A DNA stretch of 64,000 bases from Podarcis melisellensis. Lineage: Eukaryota. The notes beneath the pieces are model-generated. The model had not been told where the DNA came from, did no database searches, and was given only the letters and a program-made list of their open reading frames with translations. The stretch lies in NCBI GenBank assembly GCA_964234715.1, contig OZ174280.1. One strand, written 5' to 3'. A program made the position numbers and the translations under genes. Of the stretch, positions 1 through 12,460 are shown in pieces (the first letter of the stretch is position 1; the number at the start of each line of letters is the position of its first letter).

Positions 1-598
1 AGTCTGAGAATTATGGTTGAAAGGGTTCAGCTGGTGGAAGGGGGGGGGGCAAGTATTGCCCTGAAGCTTTGGGAGGTCATTTTTCCTGATTTGGTTTGAG
101 TCTCTTGGCTTGTGCTGTCTCATCAGAGGCTCTGGAGCCCAGCCACAGCATTTCACAAAGACATTTCTATGTCCTATTTCCACTAGGATCATTCACTACA
201 GGAGGAACATACTATTTTCACATGTGTTTCTCCTTGTTACTGTTAATTCCTTTATTGCTAACAGTAGCAATATGTTGTTTCTAAAGCTGGTGTCCAGAGC
301 TAGCATATGTACCTACATAATGTAACATATCAAACTCCCAGGTTAGTGTGTATAGGATTGCAGCCTTAGATAGTCTGCAGTTTGAAGAGGGGGGTTGTTT
401 CTGTAGTTCTCGGGGGGGGGGCGGAGAGAAAAAGAGCTACAATTCTTTGTGTGAGAGAGGTGTTTGTGGAAGAAAGCAGTAGATACACTTGGGGGTCGAG
501 ATAGTGCCAAATCTCGTGTGTGTGCTTGCATGTGTTAATAATCCATAGTTTGTCATCACAGTTCCCTTACTCTTTCCTCCTTCCTGTCCCCCCATCAG

Positions 599-625
599 TT
601 AAGGTTTAAGGACGCTATTGACCAC
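599..625 (+). CDS. PTPRF: 27-nt alternative microexon (meC/LASE-c position in FN3 repeat 5), LRFKDAIDH
   Basis: Pyrimidine tract and CAG at 596-598, exactly 27 nt open in phase 0, GTAAGT donor at 626. Lies upstream of the ETLIGGL exon, where LAR-family genes carry a 9-aa mini-exon. Confidence 0.75.
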
Positions 626-2684
626 GTAAGTACCATTTGTTAGAGTGTTTGCTTGGATCAGATGGGTCTGAGGATCATTTTGTGAAATCTGTGTGCATAG
701 TGCTGTCAAAACACCCCTGTCAATCCTCAGATGGTTCTAGGGAGTTGCTCTGTGGAGCTTCCACCAGCCACAAATCCTGAGCAAATTGGCATTTAGATTG
801 CTGCTAAATGCAGAAAAGCAATTGACATTTTTCATAATCTGTATTTCCAGCTTGTTGCAATGCAATTTCAGGCAGATGCGGGGGGAGCAGCCCACTTTCT
901 ACAGTCTTTGGTCCAGCTCGTTACATGGCAGAGTCAGATCTGTAATCTTTAAACCTCATTGATCCCAGTCGTGAAAAATACCCTGTTCTCTCAGCTGTGA
1001 CCTTTGGTTGAAACAGAAGCTGTAATAAGAACACAGTCACATTCAAACAGTTAAATTCAATTTTTCCAAGTAATTTTGAGATATAAATTTGGAGGAACAA
1101 GCTTGAAAATTACCTTTGGAGAAAGAGAGATTAAGTTACATACCCTGCTGTGGCTTCCCTCGTCTCTTAGCAGAAGGACTTTGCTTAGAAGGGGTTTGCA
1201 GCGACAGCCCTATGTATGGTATCTCTCATTCCACCTTCTTTCTTTCCTCTCTCCCCCTAACTTGCTTTGTTCTAGTGGCATGCTCTTCCCTGTGTGAGAA
1301 TTACTCTCCTGTGTGGACTGTGGTGATGACTACATCTTTTCGTAGCCTTTGTGTTGTGTATTTGAGTATCTCCCTCTATATCAATTTATTGCCATTGATT
1401 GATTTTGCTCTCTCATACAACTCCAGGGGGAAAAGGAAATCTTACTTGAGCTCTGATTTTGGTGTCATTCTGATTTCTGTTTGCTAATTTGGGTTTGCAA
1501 ATGAAAGCAATGAAGGAATAATCTGGGTTAGGTGGCTGAATCCTGTAACTTACCTGGGCTGCCAGTGAGAAAAAGCCTATTCACATTTGTTTGTTTGTTT
1601 GTTTTATTCAAGTAATTAACAATTACATGACAGCCAAAAACAAAGCACCCTGACAAACCAAGGTTCTAGGAAGAGATTGTGCTCTATCTATCCATCACAA
1701 TACAGATTTATTCCTGGTTATATCACATTTTTATTTTTGTGCATTAACAGTCATTCCTTCATGCATAGGGTTAATGGTTGAAATTCTACTAGAAAACTGC
1801 TAGAGGTTGTTTTTGAGCAGGTCTTTCTCTGTGGAGTCCTTCACAAGGGCCCATATTTGCTAATAGAATGTAGAAGGTTTGAGAGAGCTGGAGTAAGCTT
1901 ATGGTTACAAAGCCAACCCCGTCAAGTGATCCAGTGAGATAGTTCAAGGTCCTACTGCTACTTGCCTCTGCTGGTGTCTCTAGCCTGCACAGCTGGGGAC
2001 AATACCATTGAGAAGGTAACAGATCCTGTGGCCTATAGATCCTGTGGCCTTTGTTTTGTGTAGAATTTTATGCTTGCTCTCTCGCCTTACATTTTTCCTG
2101 ATGTATGTAGCATGGGTAGTTTATTTTTAAGAAGCACGACTCTTGAATACCGTGGTTGGTGAGCATGTTATGGCAAGTGGCAGATCTACTAGCTATATTG
2201 CTGCTCATCCCAGGGCCTTCTGCTGGAAGAGACGAGTGGTCTGCTTCTGTTCTGTTATATGTACTGAAGTTAACACTTTAACTGAGATGGAAGGGCTGCT
2301 ACTTTCTTCTTACAATAGGTTTACAACCAGTCCTTTTCATCTTTTGCCCATGTATCTGTGGGGTAAATGGCAGCACTATGAACAGAGAAGACTGCTCAAT
2401 GCCCTTATTACATGACTGCGTAGCAGTTTGCCCTGCCAGGTATAGCAAAAGAATGTGCTTGTTTGTGGCCTGTTGATATGAGGAAGCACTTTGTCTCCAA
2501 TAAGCATCTCATGACAATTAAAATTCAATATATGATGCTGCTGGAAGGTGCTGTTCGTAAGTGAAAATAAGACACCTTGCCAGGCTCAGAGACTAAAAGA
2601 CAAGACAACAAGGGAAGGCAAGTGGAGGGAAGTTTTAAATGTTTGATTTTTATATATGCTGTAGGCCATTTAGAGGTGGATGGG

Positions 2685-2685
<1 letters not shown>

Positions 2686-2735
<50 letters not shown>
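2686..2735. repeat. (TTA)n microsatellite
   Basis: Direct read. Confidence 0.95.
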
Positions 2736-3502
2736 GTCTGTCAGTACCAGAACAAAAAGAGATTAATTGTTAACAGACATTTACTTCCAGTTAGCACCAG
2801 CTTGATCTTCCCTTTCTGGCAGTCTTGCCGGGATGGAAATGGTGAAACTACTCAGTAGCCCTTGGTTGTCCTTTTACCAGTAACAAGTTCACTTGGGGTA
2901 GAAGTTGTGGGAAAGTTGTTCTTCCCTTCCCACTTCAGTTTGCTGTATTTTGTTGGGTCCCTGTTTCTTGCAGTGAACTTCCTTGGCTATCCAGAATTAT
3001 ATGCTGGGCAATTTGTCTAGAAATTGGGCTGCAACTAACGACTGCTGCAATTGCATTGGCAGTTGCAAGTGTTGAGTTTGACAAGCTGCTCCAGACAAAC
3101 CAACCCTTTCATCCCATGTTGGACCTAGGAAAAAATGTGTGGATTTGTTCACGTGATTTAGTGAAAATGGGTGCTTTCTGGCAAAGGGAGGTGCACAGGA
3201 AACACAACAAAAGTAGCCTATGACAAAACATACCCTGGCTTACTTCACAGAGGCCACTGGATTGCATCAACCAACCTAGGAACATGTTTTCTCAATGCAA
3301 CTTTCACTTGTCACCAGTGATGCGAGAGATGGAGGCCCTGTATCCAAAGTAATCTCATTAAAAAATTAATATAACTTTAGGGTCAGTTTTCCTTCTTGTG
3401 TGTTTTGAAGCTAAATGGGTCAAATATCCAAAGAACAGAAATGCTCTTATATTCCTGCCTTCCTTAATTTGATAACGAGCTAAAAATGTCTGTTTCCCAC
3501 AG

Positions 3503-3620
3503 GAAACCCTCATAGGAGGCCTTTTGCCCGAAACAACCTATTCTATCAGCATCGCAGCCTACACCACCAAAGGGGATGGGGCCCGCAGCAGGGACAAGGT
3601 GGTTACTACAAGTGGAGCAG
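3503..3620 (+). CDS. PTPRF: Exon, FN3 repeat 5 C-terminal half ([39 protein letters not shown])
   Basis: ttcccacAG acceptor, GTGAG donor, 118 nt, phase 0 to 1; FN3 motif LxPxTxY. Confidence 0.93.
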
Positions 3621-5580
3621 GTGAGCCAATCACATCTTTGATGGGCAAATCTACTCTAATATTTTGAGCTCCAAAATCAAAGATGACAGAAATTTTAATC
3701 TTAAGAAGTGTTAGGAAGGTGAAAAAAGCACCTGTACCCTCGAACCCCTTGTTTTGCAGACTGAACTGCAGGTGATGGAGAAGCAAGCAGAAGAATGGAA
3801 ATTTCCTCTCTTTAAGAACCGCTTCACACATTACAATTTTACTACAATGGAGATAATTTGCAGGCATTCTGGCATGCCGTGTTAACAGCAGTCAGTCAGA
3901 TATCTCTGGGGAGCCACAAGCAGAGCAGGAGAACAATGACCATCTCCTGTTCATCCCAAGTATCTGACGTTTGGAACTGTACCGCTTCTGCTCATAGTTA
4001 CCGTGGCTAATAGTTGCTGGGAAATGCCTCTGCCTTGAATTGGCAAAATACCATGACATTCACATGGGAGCTTCATCACAACTTAGTCAAATCAGCTCAC
4101 CCCAAATCCAGAATACCACTATGCTATTGTGAATTTGCTCTGAGTGCCACAGTCTGGCAAAGGATAATGGTTATCTTGGCACTGTGCTGATACTGAATAG
4201 TTTTGTTGTTGATGGATTTACACGTCAATCTCCCCTGATTTGGGGGAAGGATGTGTCTCTGTTGTGGGTGGAACGGAGATATGAAACCATCCATTTTATA
4301 CAGCAGGTGTTAAGCTTTGAAGGGAGCAGCCCTTAATTTGTGCTACATATATGAGATTTGGAATCCTGTTGCTGCTCAGCCATCACATCAACATTCCTAG
4401 CAGGAACCAGTTCATCAGCTCAAACACAGCACATTTTGATTGCAAACAGCATGCTATGCTCTCAACAGCTCGCACAGGTGGTGAAATTATAAAGATTGCT
4501 ATGAAAATTGCCTGCATCAAACTAGCGGAGATTCCAGTTTTGAGTCTGGGCTTCTCTGCAACATCTTATATTAAAGCCCTGATTTCTTATCTTATGGCAT
4601 TACCTTTCACTTTCTTTATCATACTGTCCCAAATCTACTTTCGCTAGGCTTGCTTCTACAAATGGCAAGATTCAAGGAGTGGTTGCGGAAGTATGATGAG
4701 ATTTAAGAATCAGATACAAGGAAGTTTTGAAGACAGTATCCATCACAGTGTTATTTTTCATTGCAATTTTGGAAATAGTTACATTTGGAATAATTTACAC
4801 TATAGAAGTTAGGGATTAGCTGTTGAAATAATTTGCCCCAGGGTTTGGTTCCATCTGAATTTCAGTCCATCACCTACTGACATCCTGCATTATCAGTGTT
4901 TGCAAACTACAGGCACAAAGGTTTTCACAAAATATAGCAGCTGACAAAATTCCTTCAGAAGCTTGCACAAAGTGTGGCATTTGTGATAATCTTTATCATC
5001 CCCATTCCTTTAAGATCCTATAGCTTCCACTATAGGGTTCTCAACTCCCCTCCCCCAAAGAAATCAGATCTTATGATCAAGTCAGGCACATTTTACAGAC
5101 AAACATATAGATTAAGGATATTTGTGAAATGTAGCCATATAGAAATCAGTTTTTTCCATTATAAAATTTGGATTTTGTTTTGTTGCTGTTGTTTAATTGT
5201 GGAATTTGGAGGACTGGGAAGAGTAAACACTGATATGTTCAGAAATACAGTGCAGTTGTTTCTGGACTGAACCACTTCAAACTGCAAGTGGTTTGCCTTT
5301 TTGGACATTGCCACTGTAAACTCCCTGCCTGTGGAAAGCATTCAAAGTCTTCTCCCAGATATGCTGTTTTTTTTGTGTGCAGCTAATTTTAATGTGGGGA
5401 AGCATTCAAACATATTGATCTTTCATCTGTAATCTGACGCCAAATTGATAGGGAGTGCCGTGCTAGCTAATATTTCTTAGCAGGTAGATAAATTTCCTGA
5501 GTGAGCAACTCCGGCAGTGAAAAGGCCAGAACTCTGTCTCCCTCCCACTCATGGCATATCACCCTGTTTTTGTCCCACAG

Positions 5581-6159
5581 TCCCAGGCAAGCCCACCATG
5601 ATGATCAGCACCACAGCCATGAATACAGCTCTGATCAATTGGCACCCACCTAAAGAGATGGTTGGGGAGCTGCTGGGCTACCAGCTGCAGTTCAAACATG
5701 CTGAGGAGGAGAAGATGAGGATTATGAACTTTGAGAAGAACGTGGATCACTTCACCGTGACTGACCTTTACAAGGGTGCCACCTACATCTTCAAGCTGGC
5801 TGCCAAGAATAGGGTTGGTCTTGGGGAGGAGTTTGAAAAAGAAATCACTACCGCAGAGGAAGCGCCAAGCGGTTTCCCCCAGAACCTGCACGTGGTGGGG
5901 CTGACCACCTCCACCACTAAAGTGACTTGGGAGCCTCCGCTTCTGGCGGAGAGGAATGGGAAAATGACCAACTACACAGTTGTATACAGAGACATTAACA
6001 GCCAGCAGAACCTGACCAATGTTACGAGGGAAACGAGCATCACTCTGACCAACCTCAAACCTGACACAACCTATGACATCAAAGTTAGAGCCCACACTAA
6101 CAAGGGAGCTGGCCCTCTCAGCCCCAGCATTCAGTCTAGGACGATGCCAATGGAACAAG
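5581..6159 (+). CDS. PTPRF: Exon, two FN3 repeats (VPGKPTMMIS...SRTMPMEQ)
   Basis: Within ORF 5517..6185; cccacAG / GTAAG; 579 nt, phase 1 to 1. Confidence 0.95.
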
Positions 6160-6788
6160 GTAAGCACTCCCCTGTGATCAGTTAATGAACCTCTATGGCA
6201 GAAAACAGGTCAGAGATGACGTGGTCAGTCTTACCTTCCTGACCTTACAATTTTTTGAATGGGGGGGGGGGAGCATAGAGGTTGCATGACTGCATTTGTT
6301 TTTTCAAACACATACCCACACCATTTTCTGTTTCCAGATAAGAATTGTTCCTTTGGTGCAAACTGAACAGGCAGCTTCTGTGAAGAAACAGTGCCTTATA
6401 ACTGCTACCTTTTGAAGATTGCTGTGTACACACTATACCTTTAAAGTACAATCGGAGCACATTATTTTCCTCAAAGAATTCAGGGCACTGTAGTTTACCT
6501 CTTGCAGTGTTAAAAATCCTAGCAACCCATAACAAACTACAGGGCCCAGAGAAAGAATATACTTTGAATGTGCTTTAAATATATAGTGTGTACACAGTCT
6601 GTGACAAAGAGGGGAAGGTGGCAACACAGTTTGGTCAAAAATCTTAAGTGTCCTAAGGTGCAAGAAGGCTTATTGAATCTACAGGAAAACACCCAATTTT
6701 GCTGCTACTGAGAAGAGTGGAAGGGAAAGGGTTAGTTGTCCAGTGTTGCCTCACAGGGGCCACTCAAAAGGATTCTTTCTAATTGCAG

Positions 6789-6886
6789 TGTTCGCAAAGA
6801 ACTTTCGTGTCAGTGCTGTGATGAAAACATCAGTGCTACTTAGCTGGGAGGTTCCAGACTCTTACAAATCTGCAGTTCCTTTCAAG
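6789..6886 (+). CDS. PTPRF: Exon, FN3 ([33 protein letters not shown])
   Basis: ttgcAG / GTAAG; 98 nt, phase 1 to 0. Confidence 0.95.
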
Positions 6887-9005
6887 GTAAGGGAATATGT
6901 CTGTCACATATGGGGACCCGATTAACGTGCAGTAAAGAAGAAATTAGAAAGTCTGTCTCAGGGACCTTCAGACCAAGAGTCTTGCTGTCAACAACCCAGT
7001 TATGTAAGCTGAGCAACCAAATCCGGAGAAACACCAGGGGGCTTGAGTCAGGATGTAAGACGTGGACACCCCCTTGTCCTGGGTACCCTAGAGTCCTGAC
7101 ACTTGTTTCCTTTAGTCTAGATCACCAAACATGGTAAATCAGCAAGTATGTCTTTAGAAATTAGTTAAAAACTGGTACATTTCCAGACAAAACCTCTTGA
7201 TTCCTGTGCCGATTTTGGAGACTCATATATGCCCTTTAAATGTTACTCTAGCTGTATGGGAATTGGTTTCCCATGAATCCTGCATGGTGGATTGAGGAAT
7301 TCTTTCTCAGCACTGGCACAATCTTCTGCTCAGAACAGTCTACAATTAGGAGCCCAAACCCCCTGCATTCCAGGCAAAATGGTTTGATCCTACTGCTGAT
7401 CATGAAGCATTTTTGTTCAGAACACAGGCAGAATTACACTTAGGGCAGGATAGAGATACCTCTAGAACCCAACAGGGCACCATAGTGTGCTGCTCTGCCT
7501 GTGGTCGCTAGCAACATGACAGAGATAAGTAAGCACTCGTGACAGCAGGAGAATTCTATGCGGGGAATTTGTTCATAAAAGGCTAGTTCTTTGGACTCAT
7601 TCCTAATGCTGTATGGGCAGAGCTGCCTTGGAACCATCATCAAAACGGTTGCATAGTGTGGGCTTCAAAACGTAGTTGCCAGATTTTGCTGACGTAAGCA
7701 GAGAGTTGACAGCAGTTGCTGCCATGGGTTTGCCATGATGAGACACAGAAGCAGATGGTGTTAGCGGCTCACTAGCTGAGGAGCAGCCATGCAAACGCAA
7801 CGGGTGTAAATGAGCTTTCTTCTTCCTGTAGACAGTATTAGATGTCCAGGCCATGCACAAGTGCCAACAGAGTAGCTGGCCCAGGAGCAGCTGGCCCAGG
7901 AGCAGCAGCAACTTTGCAAACAGGACACTCCCCCACCCACCTGTGCTGAGCTGCTTAATTCAAGTGTACAGGATGCCAGGCCAAAGCCTAATAATCTAAC
8001 GAGCACCGCTGATAAGTCTCCATGGGAACAATTAGCATTATCTACACTTGATAAACAGTCTCGCACTAAATCTACATCCCAAAGGGTGTCCTCTTTCTCT
8101 TTAACAGATTTAATTAAGGCAGATATTGTTATGATTTGTGAACACTGAGGCGCAGGCTAAATATCATGGTATTTTTTATTGGGAATGAACTGAGACCTCT
8201 GAAATTCCTTCACTGAAGAATCAACAACAGGGCTTTCAGTTCTCCTCAGAGAAGAGTCGTTGCTTCATCTGGTCCAGGAGATAAAACTCTCTGCAAAGAG
8301 ATGACTGGTCCTGTGAAGTGAGTGAGAAGTGATGTTATGGTGAGATTCCTGCTGCAATCAGAACCTGACACTGTCCCTGATCTAAGAGAGCTGCTTCCCT
8401 GCCTGTGTTTGATGCTAGAAATGGATTTTAAATGAACGCTGTGTTGGGGAATGAGAACTGATCATGAGACATTTTCATGAGGGCATAGGCAGAATGTTTT
8501 CAGACTAGTAGCCCTGGCTTCCACCTCCTAATATTGTACCTTGACAGATTTTTAGTAACAGATGCAGACTACTTTAGCTTCTCTGACACAGTAACTTACA
8601 CCATTGTTGCCTAACTCCAGAAGGCCCAGCAAGTGAGGAAGAGGCATCTCTACCCTAGATAACCGTACCACCGCACTCCTTACTCCCGAATGGACGACAG
8701 AAAAAGTTGAAATAGTTATGGGAGCTAGGGACCGTATCTTTCTTCCTACCCACATGTGCAGACCAACAGAGCTGGGAGAAGGCAGCACCAACTCTTATTT
8801 CTACATGGGGGTTCATGATCTCACAGATGTGGTATAGTCACGCTTATCAACAGGTCAGCTTGTTTGGTACCTTACACAGTGTGAGCGTTGCCAAAAAAAA
8901 AAGGGGAAAAAAGACCAACGCCAGGAAGAGGAGTTTTGGAAAGAACTTCATCCAACCCTTTTCCTATCAGTTTGGGCTGAATCAACTGTTTCCCTCTGCT
9001 TACAG

Positions 9006-9259
9006 ATTCTGTACAATGGCCAGACTGTGGAGGTGGATGGCCACTCCATGAGGAAGCTGATTAATAACCTGCAGCCAGACACAAATTATTCCTTTGCACT
9101 CACAAACCGGGGAAGTAGCGCAGGAGCCTTGCAGCACCGAGTCTTCATCCGGACAGCACCTGATGTCATCCAGAGCAAGCCCATTTCCACATACAAATAT
9201 ATCCATAATGGGCAGTTCACTCTGACTCTCCCCAAAGTGCAGACCTCTGTGCCAGTCAG
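9006..9259 (+). CDS. PTPRF: Exon, FN3 (ILYNGQTVEVDGHSMRKLI...TSVPVR)
   Basis: ttacAG / GTACAT; 254 nt, phase 0 to 2. Confidence 0.93.
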
Positions 9260-9494
9260 GTACATTTCTACTTTATTTTATTATTTATGATGCTACCATA
9301 GGAGAGTATAGTTGGGGAAGGGTCTCCAGAGTCCCTGCAGAGTCTTGGTGCTTTTGCACAGGTAATAAAGGTGGTAATATAGGGAACTGTATTGGGTTTC
9401 ATAAATCATGATAATGGTGTAAATCCACCTACAACATGTTAAAAATGCTTCCCAATAGCAAGAGGTTACCAAAAATATGAGAGCACTCTGTGCA

Positions 9495-9610
9495 GCAGCC
9501 TTACCTGATCTGATGTTTTGAACTACAACTCCCAGCTGGCATGGTTAATGGAAAAGGGTATCAGAGCTGTAGCCCAAAACATCTGGAAGGCACTAAGTTG
9601 GGCAAGGGCG
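9495..9610. mobile_element. Degenerate copy of the palindromic hAT-type MITE
   Basis: gatgttttgaactacaactccc ... gctgtagcccaaaacatctgga, similar to 36673-36808. Confidence 0.55.
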
Positions 9611-10055
9611 GTGTGCTGGATGTGATCAGGGTTCTGGATCTGGGCTACCATTTTTATGTATTATAACCTGCTCCTCTCAGTCACCTATCATTATATGAAA
9701 AATAGGGAGCCATAATCCCCATCATTCATCTGAAAGGGCCCAGGGTGTACTTTCCACACTGCTGCACAGTTACTTTAAATAATGTATGTAAATCCTAATA
9801 GGAGGCTTGTGGAAGTCTCATTTGTGTTTTTGATCTCCCACCACTGAAAAAGGAACCAGATTATCGAGCTGTGCTTTCCCAGCTTCCAACACTATCACTT
9901 AGAAGCTGGCCTAGTGACTTTTATTAACCTAATACATGCCGGCAGGCTACAGCCCGTGTCTCTGGGAAGTTCAAAGGAGGGAGTTGCAGAGCTTTCATGG
10001 AGAGCATCCCTCTGTTTGAAGTAGAGCTCACCCATTCCCCTCTCTTGTTCCCCAG

Positions 10056-10146
10056 GTGGTACTACATTGTGGTTGTGCCGATAGACCACACAAGCAACCT
10101 AGTTGGCTCCAGATTGAAGAGCCCAGATGATATGGGACTAGACCAG
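10056..10146 (+). CDS. PTPRF: Exon, membrane-proximal ectodomain (WYYIVVVPID...GLDQ)
   Basis: ccccAG / GTAGG; 91 nt, phase 2 to 0. Confidence 0.92.
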
Positions 10147-11652
10147 GTAGGAGAAGGCCAAAACTTGTTTCCACTTGTTTTGAAGGGGGTAAGGGAAACA
10201 GATGTTCAAGAAACTAGCCCACATATGAAATAATTTGGGAGAGTATATGAGCAACGTTAACCATCCTGTCATACTGGAGATAATGGCAGAAGACCTGGGG
10301 TTTCGGAAACTTTGCCTATGTGGGATAATTCCCACATTTGATAGCTTAATTTGGAGGTGCCATCTTCTGCCATCCTGAAGTCATCAAGTTCCTCAAATAC
10401 CCACAATATCCATATTCATCTTTAGCCAGCTCTCAAAATTGCCTGTGAAGCTTACTGGTCCAGTGAAAGAGGTAACTGAAGTGTGATTGCCCATGGACTT
10501 ATTGCATGTATGGATCACACCACGCCTCCTTCTGCCCTCAGGTTCTGTTGTATAATTTATATGCCAAACAAGATGTAGGAAGCAGAGGTCCCCATTGGGA
10601 TGGGTAAGGCAGAAGGCAGGGAGCCCAAACTGTACTTGGAGTCGGAGCCAGTGACAGGCAGAGTCACTTAATTCTCCCTGCTGAGTTTTGCAAGGGAAAC
10701 ACAGAGACTTAAGAAAGAGAAAACTGGCAGTCAGTGCCACCTCCTACACTGGATGTAAATAAGAAGCCACACAAGTGGGGGCTTACCAAGGGGAGCAGTG
10801 CCCCAATTTGCCCCAATAGATCAGTTTCCACTGATAAAAACTGAAGATTGGATAAGACTCTGTGCGCGCACACACATCTGTGTGTTGCACACATTAGTTA
10901 GGATGCAGAGAAGCAGTGGTTGGAGGGCAGGGATGCCACTTTGTTAGGGTCACAAACCAGCACCCTCCTTTCCTGAAATACTGGCATGGTTCTGTGTGGT
11001 CTCTGTTTTCTTCCTGGCACCACCATTGCTCTAATGCTTCATCTCTGCCCTAACACATTTTTGTGTGAAATGTATTTCATGCCTCCTCCTTCATTTTAAA
11101 TTAGAATTTCTGTTCAGAGCCTAGCATTCATTTTTATTCATTAGAAAAACATCTTTAAACATCTGAGAGCTTTTCTGAGCAATGTAATTGAATTTTGGTG
11201 TGTTTATATCCTTTTTTCTTGAGTTTGTGGACGACTATGAAATTTGCCATTTTTTCCTCTCTCTGAACATTCCATGTTAGCACTGTGTGTGATTTATACA
11301 AAGTCTTGCTGCAGCCCAGCAGGATGTGGTGGGGGTGGTGAGCTCTGTGTACAGATTTTGTCCATTTTAGTGTAAGCTACAAAGTGTGTTTGCAGAGTGG
11401 CAGAAATCTGTGTCAAAGCCTGCTGAATTTTTGCCTATCTCCAAAAGTTCCAATTGCTGGGCATCTAAAGATGCATATGTGGACTGTGTGGCCTGTTCTC
11501 TGCTGCTCCTGCTGCTCTACCATCAAAGAGAAACACGTATTTTAAAATGATTTCCCTTGAGATGTTGAGGGGTATAAACTTTATAAAAATGGTACACTAT
11601 TTTTCACAAAACTGTGCCCAGTGTAGGTTATGATGAATACAAACAAAACATG

Positions 11653-11790
11653 CATAAGAATGTGAGCAGAGCCCTGCTGGGTCATACAAGGGGTCCATCG
11701 TGTCCTGCTTCCTGTTTTCACAGTCGTCCACCATAAACCCAGGACAACACTTGGTTCCAGTTTTACCCCCAGCAACTTAATTAACTGTAC
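11653..11790 (-). mobile_element. Old CR1-type 3'-end fragment
   Basis: cataagaa...gccctgctgggtca...gtccatc...cctgttttcacagt, similar to the 31957 element end. Confidence 0.45.
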
Positions 11791-11958
11791 ATTCATTGAG
11801 TTCTAGAGAAAGCCTTCGGGAATGCACTAGAGTAATGAATACCTGGACCTCCCTGGTGTTTTTTGTCACCTGGCTTACAGGTTTTCCTCATGGAAATGTA
11901 GAGTCACCTTGGTAAATAGCATTGCTCTCTCTCACGTTAGCTTCCTTTTGCCACCCAG

Positions 11959-12171
11959 CTACTTGAGGCCATGAACCAAGGGGACCCAAGCAGGCGCCAG
12001 CGACGTCAGGCAGAGCGGCTCAAGCCTTACATTGCTGCCCAAATGGATGATCTGCCAGAGACCTTTGTCTTGGGGGACCAGAAGAGCTATCAAGGCTTCT
12101 ACAATAAGCCCCTTTCAGAAGACTTGAGCTACCGTTGTTTTGTGCTGGCTTCACTGGAGGATGGGGATACG
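11959..12171 (+). CDS. PTPRF: Exon with furin-type cleavage site (LLEAMNQGDPSRRQRRQAERLKPY...EDGDT)
   Basis: cccAG / GTAAG; 213 nt, phase 0 to 0. Confidence 0.93.
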
Positions 12172-12419
12172 GTAAGGACCACGAGAAGCGAAGGGACTGT
12201 GTGCTGCTTAAGAGGCCCATTCCAGATATGGCATTAGGGAAGCTTTGTCACAGTGGAACTTTGCTCTGCAAAGCTTAAGCTAATAAAATCAGATGTATAA
12301 AACAACTCAGAATCTCCTTCCCCTCTCTTGCCTGGTGTCTCGCAGTCCATAGGAAGAAAATAGATTATCTGCCCCACTCTTTGTGCTTCTTCACTTTCCA
12401 CACCGCTGTAATTTTTAGG

Positions 12420-12420
<1 letters not shown>

Positions 12421-12460
<40 letters not shown>

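Noticed and set aside
2021-2050. Short tandem duplications (also about 7874-7903, 22487-22519 and 30804-30843) as an array or CRISPR-like structure
   Set aside because: Only 2-3 adjacent copies with no spacers in eukaryotic DNA; ordinary slippage duplications
2577-2858. Poly-Leu ORF; likewise the poly-Thr/Val (20.4 kb) and VC/ER-repeat ORFs (28.5 and 44.9 kb)
   Set aside because: Translations of microsatellites
5559-6167. 202-aa minus-strand ORF
   Set aside because: Exact antisense shadow of the 579-nt PTPRF exon; no recognisable domain
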